Positions 24,356 to 38,270 of a DNA stretch of 64,000 nucleotides are shown one piece after another. How positions within the stretch are numbered: the stretch's first letter is position 1; each line of letters opens with the position of its first letter. The stretch is from Mobula hypostoma (lineage: Eukaryota), in NCBI RefSeq assembly GCF_963921235.1, contig NC_086097.1, positions 59,770,001-59,834,000 of the forward strand. The letters run 5' to 3'. Both the position numbers and the translations under genes were made by a program. Below the pieces are notes generated by a model that saw only the letters and a program-made list of their open reading frames with translations, was not told the DNA's origin and ran no database searches.

Positions 24356-25510
24356 GAAGCAACACACATCAAAGTTGCTGGTGAACGCAGCAGGCCAGGC
24401 AGCATCTGTAGGAAGAGGTACAGTCGACGTTTCAGGCCGAGAACCTTTGTGAGGACTAACTGAAAGAAGAGATAGTAAGAGATTTGAAAGTGGCAGGGGG
24501 AGGGGGAGATCTGAAATGATAGACAATAGTTGCAGGAGTAGGCCATTCAGCCCTTCGAGCCAGTACCACCATTCACTGTGATCATGGCTGATCATCCACA
24601 ATCAGTAACCTTTCCCTGCCTTCTCCCCATATCCCTTCACTCAGCTATCTTTAAGAGCTCCACCTAACACTTTTTTGAAAGAATCCAGAGAATTGGCCTC
24701 CACTGCCTTCTGAGGCAGAGCATTCCACAGAACCACAACCCTCTGAAAGGAGGATTGATAGGAGAAGACAGGAGGGGGAGGGATGGAGCCAAGAGCTGGA
24801 CAGTTGATTGGCAAAAGGGATATGAGAGGATCATGGGACAGAAGGCCTAGGGAGCAAGAAGGGGGGAGGGGGTAAGCCCAGAGGATGGGCAAGGAGTATA
24901 GTGAGAGGGACAGAGGGAGAAAAAGGAGAGAGAGAAAAAGAATATATATATAATAAATAAATAATGGATGGGGTACGAGGGGGAGGTGGGGCATTAACGG
25001 AAGTTAGATAAGTCAATATTCATGCCATCAGGTTGGAGGCTACCCAGACAGAATAAAAGGTGTTGTTCCTCAAACCCCCACCTCCCCCTTGTACCCCATC
25101 CATTATTTATTTATTTTTTTATTATATATATTCTTTTTCTTCGTCTCCTTTTTCTCCCTCTGTCCCTCTCACTATACTCCTTGCCCATCCTCTGGGCTTC
25201 TCCCCTCCCTCTTTTCTTTCTCCCTAAGCCTCCCATCCCATGATCCTCTCGTATCCCTTTTGCCAATCAACTGTCCAGCTCTTGGCTCCATCTCTCCCCC
25301 TCCTGTCTTCTCCTATCATTTCTGATCTCCCCCTCCCCCTCCCCCTCCCACTTTCAAATTTCTTCTTTCAGTTAGTGCTCACGAAAGGTCTCGGCCAGAA
25401 ACGCCAATTGTATCTCTTCCTAGAGATGCTGCCTGGCCTGCTGCATTCACCAGCAACTTTTATGCATGTTGCTTGAAATTCCAGCATCTACAGGTTTCCT
25501 CGTGTTTGCG
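24356..25510. mobile_element. Inverted pair of Penelope-like termini (minus 24356-25070, plus 25075-25510)
   Basis: The two halves are reverse complements of the same terminal repeat; a CR1 3' fragment (24522-24747, minus) is inserted in the left copy. Confidence 0.88.
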
Positions 25511-25514
25511 TTTT

Positions 25515-26370
25515 TAAAATGAGAATCAGATTTAATAACACCGGCATATGTCATGAAATTTATTGTTATGTGGTGGCAGTACATTGCAATGAAAACTGAA
25601 TTAGACTATGAAGTATATATACTGTACATATTAGAAAAATAAATTAAATACGTAGTTTTAAAAAATGTGATGAGATAGTGTTCATCGATGTCCATTCAGA
25701 AATCTGATGACAGATCTCTAATCCTTCATGATGGATGCTGCCTTCTTGAGGCATTGCTCCTTGAAGATGTCCTGGATGCTGAAGAGGCTAGTTTCCATGA
25801 TAGAACTGACTGAGTTTACTACTTTCTGCAGTTTACTTTGATCCTCTGCAGTTACTCCCCCACTCCTATACCAGTTGCTCCCCCACCCCGATACGAGGCA
25901 GTGATGCAGCTGATTTTGCCCCCCTCGCCCCCATATCAGGTAGTGATGCAGCCAGTGGCAATGCTTTCCAAGGTACATCTGTAGAAACTTACAAGTGTTA
26001 AATCTCTTCAAGCTCTGAATGAAGTATAGCCACTGTCATGTCATCTTTGCAGCTGCATTGATAAGTTGGGGCCCAGGACAGATTCTCAGTGAAGTTGACA
26101 CCCAGGAACTTGAAATTGCTGTCTCTTTCCACTTCTGATCCCTCTATGAGGACTGAAGTGTGTTCCCTCATCTTACCCTTTCTGAAGTCCACAATCAATT
26201 CTTTGGTCTTATTAACATTGACTGCAAGGTTGTTGCTGTGGCACCAATCAACCAGCCGAACTATTTCACTCCTGTACACCTTATTGTTATCATCTGAAGT
26301 TCTGCCAACAGTAGTTGTGTCCTTAGCAAATTTATAAGTGGCATTTGAGCAGAACACATTGCTGGTTCTG
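25515..26370 (-). mobile_element. Rex1/Babar-type LINE 3' part
   Basis: YKFAKDTTTVG...NVNKTKELIVDFRK and CLKKAASIMKD. Confidence 0.88.
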
Positions 26371-27219
26371 ATGGAGAAAAGATGACCTGCATTTGCACTG
26401 AAGAAGAAACCCATCCCCTCAACTCTAGCCACCCCACAGCCCCAGCTTCTGCTTTGCCTACCCTGTAGACAAAAAGGAGTTCAAACACACCCCTGTATGA
26501 AGTCTCACAATATTTCCAAAGTGAAATATGTACAGTGTTGCAGTGAAGCCTTGATAAATTGTCCCAATAAGACTTCCAACATGTTTCAAAAGCCTTCTTG
26601 AAATTTCCAGCTGCGTGCAATCAGTGAACCCTTCTCTATCTCTGAGCTGAAATCCTGAACAACTGCTGGTTTGTTCTCACTCAGTGACCAGTTTTAGAAG
26701 ACAATGTTGGCTCAGACATTGAACGCTCAAATGCCACACAAGCTTACTAACAACAGTGACCAGGGAATGTATGTGGCTATCAGCTTGAGTCTTCTCTGCA
26801 TAAGCTTAAATTTTAACTCCTTTACTCAAAGGACCAACAGGCTCTCCCCAAGTTGGGACCTTATGTACAACGTTACATATTTAGATAAGAAGGAACATTT
26901 CAGAGTCTAGGGGGATGGGTTTGCCCACTGCTGCAGGGCTGCATACAACTGTCTTGACACTAGCAGTAACTCTGTCATATCAGACTCAGGGAAGATATAT
27001 TCTAGCGAACACACTGATACTCATTTTGTGAATCCCATCAAGAGTCATTACCATCCAAAAAGCAATGCCTTTTTACAAATATCAACGGCGCTTAAAGCAA
27101 TAGCACAATCTTTATAAAAATTGTCATTACTAGCAGCGGACAGGTTTGGGCTAAACTTATTAATGGAAGCCTTATTATAAAAAATTTAAAATGCTTCTTC
27201 AGACAAGGAAAGATTGAGG

Positions 27220-28210
27220 TAAGATGGCAGCAGTGACGTGTTGCAGCCAGATCACAAAACTGTGTGATCTTCTTCTAGAAATATTTCTTCTCCTCCTTTT
27301 TCTGAACTGCAAACACAGCAATCTGCAGCCTATACCTACCCTTTAAAGGATTCACTTTTGAACTGGCTGAATGATTTGGTGCTTTTGCGGTCTCCTGGGA
27401 GAACTGGTGGACGAGACTCTCAAGAGTGCAGAGCGTGTAACCTCGGCAGCCATCGCTGGGAATGTACACTATGTCGATGCCTGATGGCAGAACACAAAAC
27501 TCATGGTTGACCACAGTTCTCCACACCAATTAAAGCATCAAACAAAATTAAAATCATGGAGGATAAGAGTGGAAAATAAACAGGTATTCGGCACCATCTG
27601 CCTGTGTTTGACCTGTCTCCCTCTCTTCTCACTACTACCATCAGTGATGATGATGGTAGTGTTAATGCTGTTACAAGTCTTGTGTCCCACGCTGCCAGGT
27701 TTGAGTGCAGTTGTTGTCCTGTAGCCATCAGGCTCCTGGACGTGAACTGAATGGGCGCTGCATTTGTGACTCACTTTTGGGGACTCAGCAGTTCATGGTC
27801 AATGTGTTTATCATTTACTTTATTTTTACTATTTGCGTGATTTGTTGAAGGTACTGCGGCGCTGAACTGACTCTGCACCTGTGGTCTGCAACTATTGGCG
27901 CTCACCTCAGCGAGACTGTTGCCTGCAGCCATTGAGTTCCTGGGCCACTTTCAGTTGCCCCAATGTCCAGCTGGCTCCGTGGCTGTGAACTCACTTCCAG
28001 GAGCCCTGCAGTTAATGTTCTGTGTTTTATTTGTTCACGTTTTTTTAGTTTGCACAATTTGTTCTTTTCTCTCTCACATTGTCGGTCTTTGTCACATGGA
28101 CTTTTTAAAATAGTTCCATTGCTTTTCTTTATTTTGTGGGTGCCTGCAAGAAGGGAATTCACAAGGTTGGATTCATACCTTCAGAGTAAACGTTCTTTGA
28201 ACTTTGATTA
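27220..28210 (+). mobile_element. Non-autonomous non-LTR element(s) with Rex1-like tail
   Basis: Starts AAGATGGCAG and ends CTTTGAACTTTGA; may contain a nested insert near 27480-27660. Confidence 0.5.
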
Positions 28211-29599
28211 TCTGTTCTTGTGAGACAACAGACATCTTCAGGAATCTTCTACCACGGATGCTTTTCTGACGGGCAAACTGTTGGAGTTACAAACAGTCCT
28301 CAGGAGTGAAGCTTTATTATAACCTGGGAAGAACAGGTGTTGTGCTAATAGTCACCAAAACACTTTTGCTTCTTTCCCTTTCTTTACTGTCATAAGGATT
28401 GCTTAATGTTTGAACATACCATTAGAAATCATGCCCAAAAGTAATGCTCCATGTTAAAAACAAAATAATCTTGTGACAATTTCTTCTCTATCCTCTGTGC
28501 AACTGCTCATTAATGTGGGTGTGCATTTGGTTTGGAAGCTGAAAGTCAAACAGGGTGATGGATAACAGAATGAGGTAATTCAGTAGCATTTAAAAGATTT
28601 TCACATGTTCAGTAAACTACTTAGAAAAATAGACTGCAATAGTTATAAAGAAATAAAAACAATTGGCTCGTACCTTGTCAACATTCTATAGGTAAACAAT
28701 GGGCAGGATTGTGCTTGACACAGCCCGCACTTTATACTCATCCTTGTGATGTACTTATAACAGTGTTGACATCGTCATCATCGTTTTGAGTCTAGGTGCG
28801 GATATCAGGAATGAACAGAGGTATAAACTTTCCACAAAAGGTAAATTAATTTCTGCCCATTATCTGTTAATCTATTAGTAGAGGAAGGAGTACTGTCAGG
28901 TCACTGGGAAAATTCTTGACTCTTACATAAATTGTGATGGAATTTTTAATGTGAACTGCTCTTTACTTAATACCTCACCCCAAAGGTAGCATCTTTGAGA
29001 ATGTATTATTACCTCGGTCTGGCATTGTACTGCTGGCTTTATCTTTAAATTCAAAAGCATATCCTGTAGACTGAAGGCTAAGAGATTCAAAGATTCAAAG
29101 ATTAAACCACACCAAAACTCATTTTACTGAGGAAATAAATCAACTGTCGGCGTGGAGGCTACCCCAGAGCCATCTACAATAAAAACAGGTAAAATTGAAG
29201 ATTCCTTGTTGATGAGTAAAGTAAATCTAAAAGGCTCATTTACACTGTAGGGTAGGGGATGGTTGTCCTGCTGCCCATGAAATGAGGTCGGGAAGTAAAC
29301 TGTCATTACTTATGATCATGAGAAAGTCTCCAAAGCAAACAACATACAAATAAACACATGTTGAAAATGTTGGATATTCATCTGGCCAGGTATTGTTTGT
29401 GGGAAGGGCAAGAATTGTTTTATCGGCTCATACTCAACTATGATCAACCCTGCTTGGCAATTTATAAATGTACAGTGTTTCTGTGCAATTTATTGTATTT
29501 CAGGGACAAGGAATACTCTACTTAAAATTGCTTTCTGCATTCTTCCTCCATTTAAAGAACGTTCTGCATTTTTGTTTTCCCTACATCACATTTCAGTAC

Positions 29600-29879
29600 A
29601 TTTGTTACTCCAAAATACAAAACTTATTGAAAGAAAAACACAGGATCTGGGGATAACTCATGTACATTTAGTTATGCTTTAGTGAGGTGGGCACTTATGA
29701 ATTGGTAACCTAATGACATTCAAATATTTTTACATATAACCCATAATTTTATATAATGAAACAACATATTTACAATACTACTCAAATATTACTGAAATAT
29801 TAAATGCACAACTCTTTTCCCTGCTTAGCTATACACTCCAACTCAATATAGAATGCATTTCAACTTATATACAGTACAC

Positions 29880-29910
<31 letters not shown>

Positions 29911-32900
29911 TATGCTAACTACAGCTACAATATAGACATCCACAGCATAGTAAATTTTATATTGTCCCACTTGGGCCAAAATACATAATTACTCTGGAGG
30001 ATTTCCTACTCTTATAGAATGATATCTTTACTGAAGTGAGGTAACTCTGTTTGGCAGGAGAGACATGTGACTCTGAAACAATCTCAGCTTCTGGGGCCTC
30101 CTTCATGGTGGTTGTAGAAGTTGAGTCTGGAACTTCAGGAAGGGGTTCTGAAAGATTTGAACATCTTTCTTGTCTAACAATTGACTGCTTTTCTCAACTG
30201 ATTGAAGTGTCGCCTCCCGCTGATATCAGACACAGCCTCCACTGTGTAGCAGAATTGTCCAGTTCTGCCTTGATGTTTCCAAGTACCCACTTTTGATCAC
30301 CTCCATAGTTCCATGTCAGGAGCCCTGGACCAGGAGTAAAACATTGAACCTCCTTGTTGGAGGAACCTTCAATTTGTCTTATCTGTTCTGGATATTCTTT
30401 CTGACATTGCATTCGAGGAGATCCAAGCGTAAGCTCCTTGAACAACTGAAAAACAGTACAGCTGGTGAGTTGTTGGTTGTGAAGTGCGCTGCGTTGTGAT
30501 ATGCCTGGAGGAAATTGGTGAGCTTCTGATTCAGAGGCAGTGCAGTCTGTTCTTTAGACCCTCACCATACCTTTCTGCCAAGACATTTGTAACTGGGTGG
30601 TACGGTGGAATATAACTTTTCCATACATTTTCAGGAATGACTGAAAGTGTTCTGCCAGAAATGTTGTCCATTTCCACTCCACATTCCAGCAACCTTGGGT
30701 GGTCATCTGAGACAGCGCTGAATCTTTTCTGGTTATCCAATGGATCATGTTTGCTGCAATAGAGAGACTTCTGATTTGCATTTGGGAGAATATGTCGAGA
30801 GGAGTGTCCTCTTTCGTAAATTTATTTTTCTGGCATTTCTTGTGCGTCAATGGTGTGACCATGGTAAGCAATGCTTGGTTTAAAGAAATAACACTTGTGT
30901 CATGCTCTGTGCCCATAATCTTCTAATCTTTTTAACACTGCCTTGAGATTTTGGACATGCCCCTTGTCATACCCACCAGTAACAATGATGTTATCCAGGA
31001 AACAGTGAGTGCTTGGGAAGCTTTGCAGCACCTGGTACATAGTTTTGCCAGAGTGCAGGTGCAGATGCCACTCCAAAAATAAACCTATTATAGTAATAAA
31101 GCCCTTTGTGAGTACTTATGGGGAGAAACAGTTGGCCGCTTCTTCTGACTTCATCTGCTAGGTCCAGTTTGCTGAAGTGTTTCACTTCAGAGAAGTTTGC
31201 AAAGATATAAAAACATAAAAAATAAGAGCAAAAGTAGGCCATCCGGCCCATCAAGCCTGCCCCGTCATTCAATAAGATCACAGTTGATCTGTCCGTAAAT
31301 TCAGTTCCATCTACCTGCCTTTTCCCATAACCCTTAATTCCCCTACTATGTAAAAATCTATCAAACTGTATCTTAGATATATTTAGTGAAGAAGCCTCAA
31401 CTACTTCCTTGGGCAAAGAATTCACCACACTCTGGGAAAAACAGTTTCTAAATCTTCTCCCCTGAATCTTGAGGCAATGTCCCCTAGTTCTAGTCTCACC
31501 TACCAATGGAAATAACTTTCCTACTTCTATCTTATCTATCCTCTATCCCAGGCAGGGGGTTTTGCTCTACTTTCAGTACTGGGTTGATGGTGACCTTAAA
31601 ATCACCACAAATCCTGTCAGACCCATTCTTCTTGGCTACAGGGACCATTGGTATTGCCCATGGGCTCCAGCCAACTTTAAAAAAATTCATTAAGCCTCCA
31701 TGTGATCCAGCTCACTGGCTATTTTATCATGGATAGTTTAAGGAATTGGATGGGCTTTGCAAAACTTGGCTGTGGCATTTTCATTTAACACTATTTTACC
31801 CTTGATATGTTTGCATATTCCAGTGCCTCCTTAAACAATGCTAAGGCATCATCCAGTACTTCTCTTAATTCACTTCCAGTTGTCTCTGTTGCAGAGGATG
31901 TGGCATACAAATGGTGGATGGATCACCAACCAAGTTGTAGTCGTCTCAGCCAATCATGGCCCCACATCGCTGGTCCCCCTGTTTTTACCATGTACAAGCT
32001 CAAAGTGGCTTGCTGGTTGTTGTATTTCATTGTTACAAAGGTTATTCCCACAAGAGGTATCTGTTCTCCAGTATAAGACCTCAGCTGAATATCTACAGGC
32101 TTCAGTTCAGTATCTTTGAAATGGCATTCAAAGTTATTTTGTGGAATGACTGAAATGGCCATGACAGTGTCAAATTCAATTTTACTTAATTTGCCATTCA
32201 TTTCTGATATAAGCCATATTGCTTGTCTTTTGATATTGTAAGTCTCACTACACAGTCCTGTGACATTCTCAACATTATCAGATTTTTGATCAACAGCATG
32301 CAGATTATTGCTCTTTTTGAAACTGCAACTTGACTTTTTATTTTTTTCTCTCCCCTGTGTAGTCCAGTTAATTCTGTCTGTCCGACATACTTTTTCTTCT
32401 GTATGTGTCCTATTTTGGAGCATTTTCTGCAAGTATCATCTTTAAACCTACATTGACCTGGTTTATGTGAGCCCTTGCCACAATGGTAACACAATTTGTT
32501 CAGCCAGGCAGATTTTTGTTTAGACATTTATATTTTATTCACACTCACTTTCATTCTGGACTGTAAGTCAATTGTGTCTCTTGATCCTGTTCCCATTGAT
32601 ACAATGATTTCAACTGCTTTTTCAAATGTGAGTTGTCCTTCAGTTAGGAGCCATTTCTGAATGTTTTCTTGTAAGATTCTACAAATAAGCAATCTCTCAG
32701 TGCATCATTTAGCCAATTACTGAAGTGATAAAGCTCAGATAATTTCTTCAATTCAGCCACATAAGATGAAATAGTGTCCCCTTCTTTTTGATTCCAGTTT
32801 TGAAACCAAAACCATTCTTCAATCAACAATGGTTTTGGTTGTAAATATTCCTGCATTACATTCACGATATTAGCTAAGCTTATTTCAGCTGGTTTGGTTG

Positions 32901-33505
32901 GAGCAGTCAAACTTTTAAGCAAACTGCATGCTTTCAGTTGCACTCAGTAACACTGGCACTTGCTTTTCATTGGCTATTTTATTTGCTTCAAAATATTGCG
33001 CAATTCATTCAGTATATATAGGCCAGTTATCCGTTGTGCATTTGAACATGTCTATATTTCTGAGGTAGCCAGCCATTTCTGCTTTTATTTATGATTATTA
33101 TTACCCACTATGCACTGTTTATGAATGCATCAATTTTGTCCATTCTCTGCCCTTTTTAACTTGATTGTCCCTCTCACTCTTCCAAAGAAATAAAAAAAAA
33201 ACAAGTTGCACTTCCGTAGGTAGGTAGTCATCTTAGGTTCCTTTTAAAACTTCCTTATCATCACTGTTGTGTTTCCTAACTCCAAAAAAGAACTAATTTA
33301 AAAAAAACATGGAAGCTGGGTATAACTTGTGTACAACAGATTTATTTTACTGAGGTATGCACCTATGAGTTGTGGCGTGATCATATATATAATTCATGTA
33401 CTTTTACATATAATCCTTAATGAATGATATAAACAAAAGATGCTTAATAAAACAATATATTTACAACATTGTTCAAACATTACTGAAATATTAAATAGAC
33501 AATAT
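29600..33505 (-). mobile_element. Decayed Ty3/Gypsy LTR retrotransposon (Mag-like)
   Basis: Diverged AT-rich direct repeats at about 29600-29812 and 33265-33505; gag (SLTAPTKP...QKEGDTISSYVAELKKLS), double zinc knuckle (CYHCGKGSH...CRKCSKIGH), protease (FDTVMAISVI), RT (FSKLDLA, YNRFIFGVASAPA) and integrase remnants. Confidence 0.88.
31205..31540 (-). mobile_element. CR1 3' fragment inserted in Gypsy RT
   Basis: TRTRGHCLK...FSQSVVN motif and CR1 tail; explains the chimeric ORF 30991-31506. Confidence 0.85.
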
Positions 33506-34989
33506 ACATCATTCTCCGTCTGCAAATTTTTTGTCTACTTGTGTTTGCATCTTCCTCCCGACTTGCTTATCACCCATCAACAGCAAATTGAGCTACAGTC
33601 CTTTCATATTAGTCATTCAATGTTTGTCAATTTGGAAATGATCTATTTATCCCCACTTTTGTACCCTATAGTCAATCAATTCTCTATCCATGCAAATATA
33701 TTATCCTCACTTCAAGGGCTCTTATCTTACTAAGTTATTACTGTATATGGCACCAAGACTACTGTCTTGTGTCCTACAGTGTAAGATCTTTTGTTTAATC
33801 CACTGTTTCTCCATTATCTATCTGCTTATTACATTTTAAAGAACTTTATTGAACATGATGGACACAATTTTGATTTTGTAAGACCATGTTGGCTTTCCTT
33901 AGCTATCATAATTTACTAAGCATTCAGCTGCTATTTTTTTCTAATGGCAGATGTCAAAACTGCTTTCTTTCCTCTTCCTTTTTGAAAACAAAGTGTGTTA
34001 CATTGGTTGTTTTCCAGTCTCCTGGAACCCTTACAGAACATTGCTGCTTTCCAATCTACTAAGACCCTTAGAGAACATAAATGATTTGACGTGTCAAACC
34101 ATTGTATTTACGATACCTGAGGTAACATTTTTTAAAAATCTCTTAGATTCTGAGGACATCAGGTCTTCAGACTTGAGGTTTCAATGTCAAGTTCAGTGAA
34201 ACTGGAGATCTTATTTTATTATAGTTATATATGAAGTAAAAAAGACAATGTATTTTAGCTATAGTGAACTATTAGAGAATGTGCAATGCTTAAACAGCTC
34301 TATGATCTTATGAACCAGATCTCCTGCTCATTTATTATTTAAGGCAAAGTTACAACCCTATGGGTATTTGGAAGATATTATACTTTTTTGTTTGAATTGA
34401 GTACTGTACTAAAAAGGTAAATAATATGTTCATTTACTTAACTTTGTTTAAAAAAAGTGAACTTTGGAATGAAAGAAATTTGCTTGGAGACAACTCACAA
34501 TAAAATAAATGAAGGCAATAGTGAATGATAACGGTTTCAAGAATGATCGTATTAGGAGGGTTCTGCATGTACAATGAAGTTGATATCATTATCTTTTAAT
34601 TAAACCTCTGAGGCATAAATGATGAAAGAAGAGCTCAAATTTAATATGAATTCTTTGCCACAATCAGACTAGTACTTTTCAGTTGACACATAATCTATGT
34701 CATTCAAAGGATACAAGATCTTTCAGTCAAACAAAGAATGTCCATTTTTTCTGTGCAACATTAGCATGGAGATCTTTTGCTCTATAGCACTAAGCCTTTC
34801 AATATTTTTGCTTTGAGAGAAATTATTTCATCTCTGTTTGAGAGCTTCTCCTGATTTTAATCATAAAACTGACAATAATCAGATGGTGAATAATCAGATG
34901 TGAACTTAATTCTATCAAACCAAGATGTAGCAATTGGTTGTGTAAACCGTAAAATGTATGTTTATATTATATTAGTAGTTACAATCAAT

Positions 34990-37640
34990 GGGAGTTTAAG
35001 AAAATACCTCCTTAAGAATTGTCTCATGTGACGAGCTGCTCATTTGGTTGTTCCACGTGAGGAAGGTTCCAGAATTGTTGCTGGTTAAACTGGAAAAGAT
35101 GGGAACAGGTGGTAGAAAGTTCAATTGGTTTCACTATTTATAATGTGATAAGAAGGTACAAGCTAGGATGGGAACAACATTCTCTGAAGAGTATGAAAGA
35201 GAGAATGGGGTCCTGCATGGGAGTGCATGTAGCGACTCCTTTTTAATATTGTGATTAATGATATTTTTAAAAAATGTTGTATCAGATATTTCTAAATCTT
35301 TATATGCTGTTGATAGTGCAGTGTGGAAGAGAGTCAGAAATATAAATTATATAGTTAGGAAAATGCCGGCAGCTATTAATAAAGTAGAGGAATGGGGATG
35401 TCGGGGTGTGGGTGATGGGTTAGATTTTCTGTTTATAAATACACAAGCTATTGATTTTTCTAAAAAGATCATTGCACTCACAATTGATCTCAAATTTTAT
35501 GCTAAAGCTCCTAAACAAGGGTCAGTGGTGAAGTTTCTTGGTATGTTGATGGACACTAAGCTAACATGGAAGGTGCACATGAATAAAATTCTAGAGAAGG
35601 ACAAGGAAGTCCATAATGTGCTCAGGGTGTGATTGGGTGTGAATAGGCGATCACTTAAACAAATGTATATTATTTTAATTAGACACAAACACGAGATAAT
35701 CTGCAGATGCTGGAAATTCAAACAACACACACAACATGCTGGTGGAATGCAGCAGGCCAGGCAGCACCTATAGGAAAAAGTACAGTCAACGTTTTGGGTC
35801 GAGATCCTTCATCAGGACTAATGGAAAAAAAGATAGTAAGAGATTTGAAAGTAGGAGGGAGAGGGGGAGACCCGAAATGATAGGAGAAGACAGGAGGAGG
35901 AGGGATGAAGCCAAGAGCTGGGAAGTTGATTGGCAAAAGGGATACAAGGCTGGAAAAGGTGGAGTATGATGGGACAGAAGGCCTTGGAAGAAAGAGAGGT
36001 GGAGGGGAGCACCAGAGGAAGAAGGAGAACAGGCAAGGAGTTATTGTGAGAGGGAAAGAGTGAGAGAGAAATAAACAAACAAACAAATAAATAAATAAGA
36101 TTAGGGATGGGGTAAGAAGGGGAGGAGGGGCATTAACAGAAGTTAGAGAAATCAGTTTTCATGCCATCAGGTTGGAGGCTGCCCAGATGGAATATAACGT
36201 GTTGTTCCTCCAACCTGAGTGTGGCTTCATCTTGACAGTAGAGGAGGCCATGGACTGACATATCAGAATGGGAATGGGACGTGGAATTAAAATGTGTGGC
36301 CACTGGGAGATCCTGCTTCCTCTGGCGGAACAAGTGTTACATCTTCCCTTACACTTCCTCTCTCACCACCATTCAGGGCCCCAGACAGTCCTTCTAGGTG
36401 AGGTGACAATTCACCCGTGAGTCTGCTGGTGTGATATACTGTGTCCGGTGCTGCTGGTGTGGCCTTCTCTATATTGGTGAGACCTGACGCAGATTGGGAG
36501 ACCGCTTCGCTGAATACCTACGCTCTATCTGCCAGAGGATGCCAGTGGCCAAATATTTTAATTCCACTTCCCATTCCCATTCTGATATGTCAATCCATGG
36601 TCTCCTCTACTGTCGAGAAGAAGCCGCACTCAGGTTGGAGGAACAACACCTTATATTCCATCTGTGTAGCCTCCAACCTGTTGGCATGAGCATTGATTTT
36701 TCTAACTTCCATTAATGCCCCCTCCCCTTCTTAACCCATCTGTAATTTATTTATTTATCTATCTATCTATCTATTTGTTTGTTTATTTATTTATTTCTCT
36801 CTGTCCCTCTCACAGTAACTCCTTGCCTGTTCTCCATCTTCCTCTGGTGGTCCCCTCCACCTCTCTTTCTTCCAAGGCCTTCCATCCCATGATACTCCCC
36901 CTTCTCCAGCCTTGTATCCCTTATGCCAATCAACTTCCCAGCTCTTGGCTTCATCCCTCCCCCTCCTGTCTTCTCCTATCATTTTGGGTTTCCCCCTCCT
37001 CCTCCCACTTTCAAATCTCTTACTATCTCTTTATTCAGTTAGTCCTGATGAAGGGTCCCGGCCCAAAATGTGGACTGTACTTCATCATATAGATGCTGCC
37101 TGGCCTGCTGTGTTCACCAGCAATTTGTGTGTGTTGCTTATTTTAATTAGATCTGTTTTTGATTATCAATGTGTTGCTCAAGGATCAGCCTCACCAGTGG
37201 TCTGAAAGCCCCCAGATAAAGTTCAACTCAAGCATTGAGATTATGTTGTGTTGCTATTAAATCATCCCCAATTTCGGCATTACTGGTAGAAATGGGTGAA
37301 GTACCTTTACATGTACGCAGGTTACAGTTAACATTGGTTTATTGGGTTAATGTAAGAGGGCATAACATTGGTCATTCAATATTGGCAACATTAATAGAGT
37401 GTTGGGAGTACAGCATTCATAAGGTTTTCAATTTTGGGTGGATGGGAAATTAACGGGCACAAAATTGTTCAATGTTGGGTTTGTTTAATGTGGAACATGG
37501 ACCCAGTGTACATCTTTCTGTCTGTCATCTGTGGGCTTTCTCTTTGCCTGTGGCTGATTTAAGCCTTCATGGAAAGATCAAGATGAAGAATGATTGTAAA
37601 TTAATGGCACTGGAAGATCAGCAAATGTGTGCAAGGCAGA
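34990..37640 (+). mobile_element. I/Nimb-like LINE RT remnant
   Basis: ENGVLHGS, SLYAVDSAVW, KFLGMLMDTKLTW, LIRSVFDY and LRLCCVAIKSSPISALLVEMGEVPL; interrupted by PLEs. Confidence 0.75.
35684..37137. mobile_element. Inverted Penelope-like composite (minus 35684-36330, plus 36331-37137)
   Basis: Both arms carry the GIY-YIG C-terminus and terminal repeat; flanked by TTATTTTAATTAGA (35670-35683, 37138-37151). Confidence 0.92.
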
Positions 37641-38270
37641 TATTATGGCTCCTTACAAAAAGGGTTTGAAAGGTGGATAAGTCACCTGGACTAGATGGTG
37701 TACAACCAAAGATTCTAAAAGCGGTGGCTGAAGAGAATGTGAAAGCATTAGTAATGATCTTCAGGAATCATTAGATTCTAGCATGGTTCTAGAGGAATGG
37801 AACATTGCAAATGTCACTTCACTCTTCAAGAAGGGAGAGAAGCAGAAGAAAGGAAATTATAGGCCAGTTAGTCTCATCCCAGTGCTTGGGAAGATGTTGC
37901 AGTCAATTGTTAAGAATGTGGTTTCAGGGTACATGGTGGGACATAATAAAATAGGCCACAGTCAGCAAGGCGTCAAGAGGGAAAAACTTGCCTGACAAAT
38001 CTGTTGGGATTCTTTGAAGAAATAACAAACAGGATAGACTAAAGAGAATTGATTGATGTTGTGTATTTGGATATTCAGAAGGCCTTTGACAAGGTGGCAC
38101 ACATGAGGCTCTTAAGAGTCCATGGTATTAAAGGAAAGATTCTAGCATGGATAAAACACTATCTGATTGGCAGGAGGAAAAGAGTGGGAATAAAGGCAAC
38201 CGTTGGTGACGAATGGTGTTCCGCAAGGGTCTGTTTTGGGACTGCTTTTTTTCATCATATATCAGTGACT

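Noticed and set aside
30991..31506. 171-aa ORF resembling a fusion protein
   Set aside because: Chance read-through from an inserted CR1 3' end into decayed Gypsy RT.
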